Source: Saprolegnia diclina VS20 (Eukaryota). From it: a stretch of DNA of 64,000 nt. The position numbers and the translations under genes were made by a program. Shown here piece after piece: positions 11,029 through 24,359 of the stretch. The DNA lies in the NCBI RefSeq assembly GCF_000281045.1, contig NW_008246091.1, positions 419,474-483,473 on the forward strand. The letters are read 5' to 3'. The notes under the pieces were generated by a model. It searched no databases. It had not been told where the DNA came from and worked only from the letters and a program-made list of their open reading frames with translations. The first letter of the stretch is position 1. Each line of letters begins with the position of its first letter.

Positions 11029-13330
11029 ATGCGGACCTTGGTAGGACGACGCGCGTGGCACCAGTGGGGGCTCCGGCGCCATCTGCACCACTTCCAGGCG
11101 CCTCGGCTCTCGGACTTGGTCCTCATCCGCCACGGCGAGAGCGAAGGCAACGTGGCCCGCGAGCGCTCGATCAAGGGCGACCACAGCCTCTTTAGCGGCG
11201 AGTTCAAGCACCGCCATAGCTCCAACTGGCGACTCACGGACCGTGGCCGCGAGCAGGCCGAGGCCGCCGGCGAGTGGCTGCGCAAGAACGACATGGTCTA
11301 TTTTGACCGATACCTCGTGTCCGAGTACCTCCGCGCGATGGAGACGGCCGCGCGCCTCAACCTGCCGGACGCCCAGTGGTACGCCGAGATGCTCCTGCGC
11401 GAGCGCGATTGGGGCCAAATGGACCTCATGTCGGAGGACGAGCGCTTCAAGAACATGTACGACGAGCTCGTGCGGCGCGACCTCGACCGCTTCTACTACG
11501 CGCCGCCGGGCGGCGAGTCGATGGCGGCCGTCGCGCAGCGCGTCGACCGCATGCTCTGCGTCTTGCACCGCGAGCTCCCGGGCAAGAAGGCGGTCGTTGT
11601 CTGCCACAGCGAGGTCATGTGGGCGCTCCGGACGCGCCTCGAGCGCATGTCACAAGAGACGTTTCGCGAGCTCCAGATGAGCGGGCGCATGGTCGACCAG
11701 ATCCACAACGCGCACATTCTGCACTACACGCGGACCGACCCGGGCACGGGCAAGGTCGCGCCCTTCTTCACGCACATGCGGTCGGTGTGCCCCTGGAACG
11801 AGAAGCTCAGTCCGAAAGGCTGGATCAAGATCAACCGACCGGTGTACGACAACGAGATGATGCTTGCAATCGCCGAGCGCGTGCCCCGTATGATCGTCTC
11901 GGAGGAGTACCTCCAGCAGACGTACCGCCCGGACAAGAAGCGGCTCTACTGCGACGACGCCGAGTCGCCCAACAAGCACACGTTCTGCGCCGAGACAGAC
12001 CCGAACATTTTGCACCCGGTCCTCGCCGTGCCATTGCCCAAGGTCACGCTCCAGAACGTCGTTGTCGTCAACAAGATGACGCGGTACCAGCACGAAGAGT
12101 CGCTGTACGGCAACTCGGGGTTGGTGCTCGGCTCAGCACGCAACGTCTCATGATGGGCGCATAGGGAAGCGCTGAAGAAGCAAATGTCGATGCGAGGCTT
12201 TGTCTACGACCGCCTCAAGGCCAGCCACGACCACCACATTGACGCGATCGACGACATCACGTCCACGTACTGCTCTCCCTTATGCAACCCTTTGGTCTAT
12301 AGTCATTTCGATGCTGTAGGTTCAAAGAGTACGACATCAACTGCACGATTGTCAACGCCCACGAGCTCACGCATGACGCGTACGACGGCGCCGACATGAT
12401 CTTCTCGGCGGGCGGCGACGGCACGTTTCTGAAAGCAGCGAGCTTTGTCAACAAGCCGATCCCTGTCGCGGGCCTCAACACGGACTCGGCGCGCAGCGAA
12501 GGCAACCTCTGCGCGTACTCGATCGACGCGTCGTGCCACCGCTTTAGCATTGGTCTCGACCGGCTCCTGACGGGCGACTTTCGCTGGCGACACCGGCAGC
12601 GCATCCGCGTCGGCATGGTCAACCAAGAAGGCTTCAAGTACGAGCTCCCGCGGTATGCGCTCAACGAGGTACATGGTTTGCGCGCAGGTCAAGACGACGA
12701 CGTATGCATGTGTAGGTCTTTATTGCCGAGAGCGATGCGTCCCGGCCGTCCCACTACAACATTGGCATTGACCAGCAGCAGCGCGAATCGCACCGAAGCA
12801 GCGGCATCATCGTGTGCACTGGGACGGGCTCGAGCGCGTGGCACTACTCGGCGGTACGTCGGGCCGATGACGTGGCAGCGCCTCATGCGCGGACGCTATT
12901 CTAGTCGCAAATCCACCGCGAGCAGATCTCTAGCGTCCTCCACGCGATGGACTTTCATACGTACACGAACGAGACCGTGACCGAGATCACAGAAATGTAC
13001 TTGCGACGCCGACGCCGTAGCTCATGGGGTTGTAGGCTCAACAAGCAGAACATGTTTGCGGAAGACTCGGTCGACATGGGCTATGTCGTGCGCGAGCCCA
13101 TTATCAACGCCACGTTTGGCGACATTCGCTTCCGGCGCGGGAAGGCGCGCCGCGTCTCGATGCGGTCGCTCGGGTGGGATATGAAGGTCAACCTCGACGG
13201 CCTCTACTCGGTGCCGCTCAACTATGGCGTCCAAGCCGTCATGAAGATCTGCACCGAGCCGCAGTACGTGCTGCGAACTGTCGACTTTAGTCGGTCGACG
13301 GATGCGGCCTTGGACAAGGATTTCCCCTAA
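11029..13330 (+). CDS. Histidine phosphatase (PGAM-like) fused to NADK2-type NAD kinase, putative mitochondrial presequence
   Basis: LIRHGESEGN, LRAMETA, ERDWG, PPGGES and VVCH, then in the same exon VVVVNKMTRY (NADK2 N-terminus); later exons give GGDGT, GLNTD, ALNE and SSGIIVCTGTGSSAW. Five introns at ~12120-12163, 12267-12319, 12669-12715, 12854-12904 and 12997-13034. Confidence 0.88.
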
Positions 13331-13850
13331 CATGGTGTTGATACAAGCGTCTGTACATGTGTACATGTGCGTCGACGCACATCGCGTGCACGACGAGGAG
13401 CTGCTTCTGCATGGTCCCGTTGTTGTAGCATGCGAAGCAAACCCATCCAATTCCATTGCATCGTACGCGTACCTGCGACAGCAGCAGCCGGCTTGTCGTT
13501 CGTACTCGCTGGCGATCATTCGTTGGGCGCAATTGCGCCGACTGACGCCAGGCCCCGCCCTTGGGTGCGCAGCTGGCGCCTCACCCAACGGCCCGCGCAA
13601 CGGCCATGGCCCATCGAGGCCGCGATAGCGCAGTTGCTACGCCGGTCGGCAGCGCTTCTCGCCAGCGCCATCTCGGCGAGCCCGTCGCGGCCCGGCGCGA
13701 CCGCAGCTGCGGCTCTGATCCGTGCAGCTGCCCGCGACAAATTTAGCGCATACAATCGCCAAGTGCCAAAAAAACGGCCGAATTATATCCAATTGGGGCG
13801 CTCGGCCTTTACCTCATTTCGGAACCCCATCTTCCGAGCCGGCGTTGGTA

Positions 13851-15704
<1,854 letters not shown>

Positions 15705-15998
15705 GCGCATTTAGAAGAGGAGCGCGTCTGTATGTATAATTCGATTAACTAGCAAGTGGTGTACCAATACTAAGTAGGACGAGCGACGGTCTAGAATGGA
15801 CATACCTTGTCCATGACTCAGTGCACGCAGGAAGCTTGAGCGACGAGCCACATCGCAGCCCACCGAGGTCGCACGCACGAGGTGCGTCGCAGTCACAATG
15901 AGCGTCGACAGTGAATGGACGTTCTTGTGTACACATGGAAAATGGACTTTTTTTTGTCATCCAAAAAACAAAATATTTGCGCAGTGTCGACGCTGGGG

Positions 15999-16733
15999 TT
16001 AGGCGTGGACCACAAGCGCCGACCAATAGTCCACTTCGGCTTGGCTCAAATGCTCGTCAGGCGACGCGACCGTCGTCGACAGCGACACAAGATCGGCTGG
16101 CGCCGTCGCAGCCTGTGCCGGCAACCGCATCGCAATTTCATCCATCGAAGCAAAGCTGCGGGCGACGTAGTCCGAGCCGATGGGCGCTGGCGCGATGTTG
16201 TTCCAGTTGAGGTCCATGGCTTCAATTTGTGCGTATACGTCCAAGACCGTGTCGTCCGGCGTCGTGGAGAGTGCCTTCGCCGTCTTTCTCAGGACGGGAC
16301 GACCGCTGGGCTTGACGCTGCACTTGATCGCGAGTCCTTTCTCGCCCATCCGCTGCCACCGGCTCTGGCATTGTCTATAACTAATGAAGCATCGACATAT
16401 GAGTCCTCGTCATGCTGTCGTATGCGGCGTACTTGCGCGTCCCGACGATCGTGGCGATCTTGGGCCACTTGGTGGTGACGCTCAAAGCGTAGCAGAGTCG
16501 GGCGTCTTCGTCCCGACTCCAAATGCGCTTGTTCGTGTTGCCAGTGATAGTTAACCATTTCTGGCGGCAACTGGCAGCGCTGCGGCCGGGAAAGCCTGTC
16601 GCGATCAGCTTCCACGTCGTGCCGTCGGGGTCGAGACGCTTGAGGGCCGCACGCTACAGTCGACTGTGAGGCGGCTTGCACATGCCTCGGTGCAAATACA
16701 AACCTCAGCAGCCGTCCACTGGTTCTGGCTCAT
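15999..16733 (-). CDS. R2R3-type Myb transcription factor, copy A
   Basis: Spliced product MSQNQWTAAE|RAALK..TWKLIATGFPGRSAASCRQKW..IWSRDED..KWPKIATIVGTRN|YRQCQSRW: two Myb repeats with the spaced Trp residues, two introns. Confidence 0.85.
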
Positions 16734-16818
16734 TGTTGTTGTCGGATGTCAATTGCAAAGTGAACCTTTCATTCAAGCGCCCAGAATCGCCACGAATCGC
16801 GCCACCACTTGCGCCATA

Positions 16819-16835
16819 TGTATCAAGTTGATACA
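16819..16835. promoter_or_regulatory. Palindromic element TGTATCAA-G-TTGATACA upstream of Myb copy A
   Basis: Perfect 8-bp inverted repeat with 1-bp centre; related copies at 36531 and 37611. Confidence 0.5.
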
Positions 16836-17458
16836 AAGTTGAATTGCTGATCGCGGCAAGTGGCAAAACAACCTGATCCAACCAGTGTCTTGTGCGAAGG
16901 TGCAGTTGCGAGATTTCTGTCCAATGAGACCGCTCGGCGTTTCTGCTCGGGTGGCAATCCGGGTTTGATGATCAGCACCTTATGGCTTTATGCATCCAAT
17001 GATCAACAATGAAAACATATGACCTTATTTGATACATCGGTACTTCAACAAACCAGCGTGCTGGCCTGCGTCGAGCGATGCCATTAGTCGAGCGACTTGA
17101 TGTATTGATGACGAAACATGATAAGATCACTTTGGGAATGTTTCGAGTCGGTGAAAAGACACGCAGTGCTGTTGTCCAAGTGAGCCTGCAAAATTCAAAC
17201 TGCAATTGGCTGCCGCCGCCATCGACCCCTCCAAATGCTGGGTCGCTTGGACGTACTCGGCATTGCGAGATCTCGCGGCAAGTACATACGCTGCAAAGCC
17301 GTCCGCGAGCCCTTGCAAGGGACACAACATAGCTCGCTAGCCGGTTTTCTCACACTAAATAGAGATGATGTAGAACACTATCCATACCCAGTCGGAAACG
17401 ATAGCAAGACAATAAAGTCGAAAATAGTGTGCCTCCTGTGGTATCTTGAAAAGTCGCG

Positions 17459-17972
17459 ATGGCCCCCAAGACGTTGGCGCGGAATGAAGCGCTCCTCGAT
17501 GAGATGACGAGCTACTCGCTGGGCAACTACGTCAAAGACATGATGGCGATTCTCATGGAGCGTCTCATCGTGGACCTGCCCAACGACCCGCTCAACTACC
17601 TCATCGACCTCGTCCAGAACGACCCACGCATCATCGCGCTCGACGAGGAGGCGCGCTACAGCCGCATGGACTTGCGCTCGATCAAGACCAAGCAAACGCT
17701 TCTCAAAGCCATCTACGACGACCTTAGGGTCTACGAGAAAGCGCCGTTTGTGTCGGCTGTCGTCGCCTCCAAGCTCCTGCGCCAGCACTTTCCGCGCCAC
17801 GCCAACGACATTGTGAACGCTGTCGTGCAGACCGAGAAGGCGCTACCACCCAAGGTGACCTTGCGCGACTTTAACACTGTCGCCCTGGCCGTCCTCGCAC
17901 GTTCGTTGCATCTGCGCCCTCTCGTAGTACGCGGCTCATTGTGCTTTGCTGATAGGGCCGGCGAGTACCTAG
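17459..17972 (+). CDS. Small protein with RIIa/Dpy-30-like dimerization-docking domain
   Basis: Y...VKDMMAILMERLIVDLPNDPLNYLIDLV fits the D/D pattern; probable intron ~17901-17955 gives stop at 17972. Confidence 0.65.
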
Positions 17973-18503
17973 TGTTTCTTGCAGCTAGGTATACGAGCAA
18001 CGAGACGACAATATTGTGCATCAACTATTTCGTGCTCGGAAAACGAGAATAAAGAGAGTGGTGCGATCATAGTTGAATACAAACACAGCGCTCGCCATGC
18101 TAATTATCTTTGCCGCAAAAAGAACAGACAATGCGCCACCAGGAGCGAGATTTAAGAAAACTTGGAATGCTGTACACTGCCTTGATTGAAATAAACACGT
18201 TCAAAACCACTCTTAATTTTACGTCGGCACTTCGATACCAGGCTGCCGCAGTGTTTTTAAAGCATATATTTTGTACCACCAGACTGATGGGATGCCTAGT
18301 CTTACTGAACGAACGCCCCGCCTTTTCTATCTTAACAGCGCCATGCACTAATACAACAGTATGGTGTAAAGGTCATGGGCACAACTTTGAATCGCCTAAT
18401 TTATGGAGCTCAAGATATTTTGGCGAAGCAAACAGTGAAAAATTACCTCTAGTGTGCACTTGTGCAGTTGCTACTTGCGGCCGTGTAGAATCTTGCGGCC
18501 AAT

Positions 18504-19576
18504 CTAGCGCCGCGTATTTGAAATGATGGGAATCGCATGGACAGCGAGTACCTCGTCCTTGTCGCGGTCGTGAAATGCATTTTCGAGGTTGAGGTCCGTG
18601 GCAGGAACGAGGCCGTCGAGATGTTGGACACGCTTCTTGTACAATTCGCTGCCTTCGTCTTTGGTCATGACAGCCTCGCGCAGCTGCAAGTAGCCATCGT
18701 GGCGCACCTAGATCACCGCCCATTGACATATACATTGAAGAGTCGACCAGAGCGCACCGGGACGTTGATACCGTCGAGCACTTCGCCAGTCACCGAGTCC
18801 TTGACGACGTAGTTGGACGGTCGGTTGCCGTTGAGGCGCACGTTTATGAGCTGCGGCAGCATGAGCACACAGTGCGGCACGCTCCCGAGCCGGTTCATAT
18901 CGAGTCCGAGCCGCTGGAGCCGGCTCAAGTACATCATTTCAGGTGGCAAGTCGGGTCCGAGGCGGTTGTAGTCCAGATTGAGCTCTAGGAGCCACGAGAG
19001 GCGGCGGATGCGCGGCGGCAGCTCCGAGAGTTCGTTGTGGCTCAAACTCAAATGCTGGAGGCGACTGCACTGCGTGAGCGGCAGCGGAAAGGTCCGGAAC
19101 CGGTTGTAGTCGAGCGTCACGGTTGCTAGCTTTTTGCAGCGACCGAGCGACTCGGGGACACACGTGAGCTGGTTGCGCTCGGCATAGAGCGCTTCGAGAT
19201 GCGGGAGGGAGCCAATCTCAGTCGGCAGCGATGTGAGCGCGTTCCCGCCAAGACCGAGCACGCGCAGCTGCTGGAAGAGGGCCACTTCGGGCGACAAGAG
19301 CGAGAGCGAGTTGTTGGTCAGGTACAGTCGCCGCAGATGCGTCTTTGCCCACGAGAGTTTGGACGCTGTCGCAAACAGCTCTTTTGGCACAAGGTCGAGC
19401 TGGAGACTCGCGTGGCCAGACACGAGGCTCGACGCGAGCGGCCCGCTCAAGTCGACGGTGCCCGTCGCTGTCGCCTTTTTGAGCCGCTTCTCGAGCGCCT
19501 CGCGCACCCAGCGACGATGCCCGGACGCGATATCGACCTCGCCCTTGGCGCTGTCGAACGTAATCCCATCGGTCAT
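18504..19576 (-). CDS. Leucine-rich repeat protein, copy A
   Basis: About eight LxxLxLxxNxLxxLP repeats; one intron near the 3' end. Confidence 0.9.
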
Positions 19577-20172
19577 GGAAGGAAACGGTTGACAATTCCG
19601 GAAAGTTTGCAGAAAAGCCATCGCGATGTTCCTGATGGCTTCGTTCTTTTGTGGCCAAAACGATATTTAGTCTATCTACACTCTATAGACTTTTGCTATA
19701 GTTGAGATTTTCTACGTGGACGTCGGCGTCCTAGCACTGCTCATGACTGACTACAAGTCACTGTCGGCGGCGTTGGATCTTTCGCTCGTCTCCTGCATTG
19801 CCATTGGCGCGTGAGCGCGAGATCCTGCGTTTCATTGGCTACTTGGATGTGGCACATGCCACCTACGAGCTATTTGCATTCGGCACGCGGGATCCAAACT
19901 TGAGCGAACCAGCGAGCGACCGATGGGCGTCCCCTGCCAGCGTCGAGCACCGAGCCTTTGCGCCAGTCGCGCCGCTCGGTCATGGCCTTGGCACCAACGC
20001 ATTGCGATTGTCCAGCACCGATGCGCTTGCCTGCGACCGGCGCCGACTCGGCGGAGCGACAGGGCTCGGCGCTTTTACCCGTCGCCTTTACCCGTGGTTT
20101 CTACAGCTTTGGCGCCGGCGCTACACAAGCTTATTTGCGAATTCGCCCCTCGGACTCGAACCCATCGATCGC

Positions 20173-20929
20173 ATGCTTCCGCTCCGCTGCTCTGCCCTCG
20201 GCATCTCGCTCGCGCTGGTTGCCGGCCATGGCATCGTGTCCAACCCCGCGGCCGAGTTCTCGCCCAACGTCATGCGTACGACGTACGTGGCGACGATCCA
20301 AGCCAACCTGCCCGGCAAGTTTGACGGCTCGCCGCAAGAGAATGTCGCGGCCTTTACAAGTGCCTTCAAGGTGCAGTCCCAGTTCAAGACGCTCCGCGAT
20401 ATGCTCGAGCCCCAAGGGCCGGCCTGCGGCAACTCGCTTCCGAACGCCTCCAAGAAGACGATCCCGTCCGATGGCGCCATGACGTGGCGGAACCCCGACA
20501 CGGGCGAAGGCTTCATCTCGAGCCACACGGTAGACAAACCATGGTGATTTGAGGCTCATCTTGCATGCATAGGGTCCGTGCGAGGTATGGCTGGACGACA
20601 AGCGCGTGTTCCAGAACGACGACTGCCCGACGAACTTTCCGCAAAAGCCCGCGGCCCACCTGCCGGTCGACTACTCGAGCTGCGCGGGTGACGGCTGCAT
20701 GCTTCGCTTCTACTGGCTCGCGCTGCACCAGCCCCAGTGGCAAGTGTACAGTACGTTCTCTCTTCCTTCCTTGCGTACTGGTCAGCCCAACGACCTTTCT
20801 GCGATAGAAAACTGCGTGCCACTGCAAGGCAACGGCCAAGCCGTCAAGGCCATCAAGGCCGACAAGCCATCTCCGACCATGGCGCCGGCGCCTGGCTGCA
20901 GCCTCTCGAACGGACAGTACAAGGCGTAG
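20173..20929 (+). CDS. Secreted AA17-family lytic polysaccharide monooxygenase, copy A
   Basis: Signal peptide ending AG|HG (mature His1), CG, SHTGPCEVWLD (second His), YWLALH..WQVYKNC; introns ~20530-20572 and ~20751-20808. Confidence 0.85.
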
Positions 20930-21317
20930 GCGACGATAGGATACGATCTCGCGTTTCCTTTGTATCGAAAGCTCATCAAGTGTTGTCTCTGCGTCTGCCT
21001 CTGTCGGTCAGCAGCGACGCCATCAAACTTTGACAGAGATGGCCTGTCCGCAGGTTGACGAGGTACTTGTTGCAGTTGGAATATCGCAGGCGCTAAGCAC
21101 TCGGATCGATGGCAGCTTCGCTCCGCGGCTTGGTAGCTCAATATCAGTGCTATGCCATTCATCCAGTGACTCACTTTGGTGCGGCGAGCGAGGCCGCTGT
21201 AGGCTCGCGAGGCGGAAGCGACATCGTGAGATAGTTCCCAGTCACAGTATATCACGACGTCTCAGACTAAAAAGCTCCGCATCAGACACTATTCTCCGTT
21301 CTGTACCACACTATTCC

Positions 21318-21896
21318 ATGGCAAACGAACAAGCCATGGGCTACGCAAGCATCCGAGACGCGCTCTTGCCGTTCGTCCCGCCCGTGCTGCGTGTGAACGC
21401 GGCGACGCTCGAGGCGCTGCAGCCTTCGACGGACCAGCTGCGCAGCGTGCTCACTGCCGCGAACGCCAAGCGGCTCGGTCTCTTGCTCGTATGGGCGGTC
21501 GGCCTCTACAGCGCCGAGCAGATCGACGCCGCGCCGATCTTTGTCATGGGCAGCATCCTCTACGCCGTGCTCTCCAACCTCGGCGACAAGGCCACCGACT
21601 CGGTCAGCGTCGATGAGGATGGCAACGAGATCCAGCTGCCGAGCGCGTACTCGGTGTTCAACCGCAACAAGCAGCGGCTGCCTGGCCAGCTCACGACCGA
21701 AGATTTCGAGTCGCAGCTGCGCCACCGCCTACCACAAGACCATCACGACAGCAACGACGACGACGATGATATCGCTGGCGCCCATGCCGAGAACGAGGAT
21801 GACGATAGCGATGCAGAGATGCGCGAGGCCATTCGCCGGTCCCTCGAAGACGCGCAAAATGCACGGAAGAAGCACCGCCGCAAGCCACGATGCTAA
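21318..21896 (+). CDS. SAYSD1: SAYSvFN-domain membrane protein (SAYSD1-like) with C-terminal UIM-like motif
   Basis: TM hairpin, NLG..., SAYSVFN..RLPGQLT.EDFESQLR; DAEMREAIRRSLED. Confidence 0.85.
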   Translation: MANEQAMGYASIRDALLPFVPPVLRVNAATLEALQPSTDQLRSVLTAANAKRLGLLLVWAVGLYSAEQIDAAPIFVMGSILYAVLSNLGDKATDSVSVDEDGNEIQLPSAYSVFNRNKQRLPGQLTTEDFESQLRHRLPQDHHDSNDDDDDIAGAHAENEDDDSDAEMREAIRRSLEDAQNARKKHRRKPRC

Positions 21897-21928
21897 TACA
21901 CTCTCGCCACAATCTTATCCATAGCACT

Positions 21929-23631
21929 CTACAGCGATCGGAGGAGCTTCTCAATCTCGGCGTGGACTTCCTTGTCTTCGGTCGTCTTGATGGGCACTGC
22001 CTTCGCCTTCTCGAGCCAGAGCTTGGCCTCGGTCTTGTTGCTCATTTTGAGGTACGTCTCGCCGAGCAAGAAGCTGTTCTTCTTCCAAAAACCGGGGCTA
22101 ATGCTCTCTACATCATCGCGTCAGAATATCAATGCATCAGTACACTATCAAGTGGGACTACCGGCGTCGTGAAAATGGCGCACTGCCTCCTCGTACGTGG
22201 CGGTCGGCGGCGTCCCAAAGATGACGGCCGCCGCCTTCTTCTCGTACCACGAGAGACTCGCAAACGCCAAGCACCACTGCCCGAGGATGTTGTGCGACGT
22301 GGCGTCCGTCGGGTTGAGCTCAATCGCGCGCGCGATAAACTCCTAGGTATCCGTGACGCGTCGTCGTCATCACAAGCAATATCGCCGTACCTTGATCTTG
22401 TATGCGCCTTCAATCTTCTTGGACGTCCCCAAGAACGAACCACACGTGCTGCGCAGGGTGCTCAACCTCTGCACCAAGTAAAGACACAAGATGTACCTTG
22501 TCATGATGCCCATCCACTTGTTGCTCATGGCGTGGTTGGGGTTGACCGCGTACGCTTCCTCGGCGTACTTGAGGCCCTGCGTGCAAGCGTCAAGTGGACT
22601 GCAAAGCAAGAGGACACGACGCACCTCAAACGCCAGCGTCTTCTTGCCGTCGTCGCTCGCACTGTCGGGCATCATGTCCTGGCATGACCGCGCGCACCGC
22701 CAGAGCTAGCCACATATATAAGCATGCGTGCACAGGATAAGGTTGTCATGTACGAGTTCCACGTCCTTGGGGTAGTGCTGGAGGTTCGTCGCCAAGTACG
22801 CGTGCAAGTCTCGGAACCGAACCTAAGGCAACCGTTGAGCAAGAGAATTGACTGCGTGTAGTGAACCTGGTCGTAGAGCTCGTCGGCGTGGCGGAGAATG
22901 GACTCAATCGATGGCGCTTCGCCTGCAGGTGCGCGGGCCGCCGGGAGGCTTCGCGTTGCCGGCTGGGCTGGGACCACGGGCGCCGGCGCTGCGACCGGAG
23001 TTGCTACATCCATACAGTCGGTCGACGCATCGCAGGACTATCGACATACGTGGCAGCGGCGTCGGGTTCGAATCCATGTTCATTTCGTTGTCGGGATACA
23101 CGCTCTTTTCGGCAAGAAGCGGCGGCATAACAGACTCGGGCAACGGGCGGTGCTGGGCCGTGTGGGTCATGGACGCTAGCGTGTCGTTAGCGCCGCGTTA
23201 TCAATGAAGATGAGCGTACCCGCGACAATGCCCATGCCGATAAACATGAGCGGCGCAAACATGTCCATCTGGAACACCGACTGCGTGCTCGTCATCGCAA
23301 TCAAGATGGCCACAATGGCCACGATCGCCATAAAGGCGACGCCAAACAGCGAAAGCAGCATCGAGCCTTCTTGCACGACGAGGTGGTTGAACTGCGCGTC
23401 GTCGGCCATGGGCTCGTCGGCCAGCGCAGCGAGCTCGTCGACGTCGTCCGTCATGGTCGTCTCCGAAACAACCGCCGTCGACGCAGTGTTGCGCGCGGTG
23501 GGCAGCTCGCGCGACCGGTCTTGCTCGCCACCGAGGCCGCGCGTCGCATACCTATAGAGAAGCGCGGTGCCGGTGGCGGCGCCCGCGACCGCGACGATGC
23601 AGATGACGGTCCGTGCCCAGCTGCTGCTCAT
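21929..23631 (-). CDS. Membrane-anchored regulator of microtubule dynamics (RMDN/FAM82-like) TPR protein
   Basis: RMD motifs (ADELYDQ, SNKWMGI, KKIEGAYKIK, AIELNPTDAT, W.ER/KKAA..IFGTPPTATYEEA). The TM-rich ORF 23631-23176 splices in frame via a 44-nt GTACGC..GCTAAC..CTAG intron that removes its stop. Confidence 0.82.
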
Positions 23632-24359
23632 CGCTCGTCGCCACACGGCGAAATCGAATTCGCTGTTGATGCGACAGCAGATATCTCTCCAAGTCGATAC
23701 CACCAATCTATGCGTTTTTACAGGTTTTGCAGAGCATAAAACCAGCCAATCGTGCGTCGCACGTGCGCAACGGACCAATCAACGACGAGCACAACCGGTT
23801 GAAAGATCGCCAACCGCCACCTTGCACAATTGGAGGTGGCGGCGAGTGACACGTGAGCGTCAGCGCCGACGCAACGACTCGCTTAGAACTAGGCCGCAAC
23901 AGTCACATCATGGAAGGATCCGGGCTAAGATCTAGGGTTGCAATGCTGGCGCGTGTGCCCACGGCGCCAAGTTGATGCTCTCCGAAACGTATGCATCAAC
24001 GGTGGCGCACACGATACTGTCATCCAGGGCATTGATGCACTCCCTTGGGCCTTAGAGTGACGCTAGCTGAGCCCATTCGAAATGTTCGCGGTCCTCTCGA
24101 GCGCGGACTGAGATCCATCGTCCAAGATCTGTGTTCTGATTTGCATGCGTCTCTCCATGCCGACAGCTACGCTGCCGACACGTGCATCTTGACGCTTGCC
24201 TTGTCGGGCGAGCCTTCTTGGTCAAAGACACGTGAAAGCACCGGCGGTTGGCTACTGCTTGCGGCGCGAAAAATGTGCATTCGCACCTTGGTCGCACTGG
24301 ACAGGGCGAGATTGCCTGTCAGAATTCCGATGGGCGTTGGGAAAGCTGCAGTTCGAAAG

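Larger units (their letters stand above)
18056..21080. repeat. Inner (recent, near-identical) left arm of inverted duplication; pairs with 33000-36017
   Basis: Continuous reverse-complement match including introns and intergenic DNA; sharp inner boundary (tgcagttgga ending 21080 / tccaactgca starting 33000). Confidence 0.97.

Noticed and set aside
18110..18526. 138-aa ORF conserved in both arms (and 35538-35954)
   Set aside because: AT-rich with atypical codon use; its conservation is explained by the recent duplication, and the diverged third partial copy has a stop.
23176..23778. Stand-alone 200-aa membrane protein gene
   Set aside because: Its stop lies in a canonical intron; it is better read as exon 1 of the RMDN-like gene.
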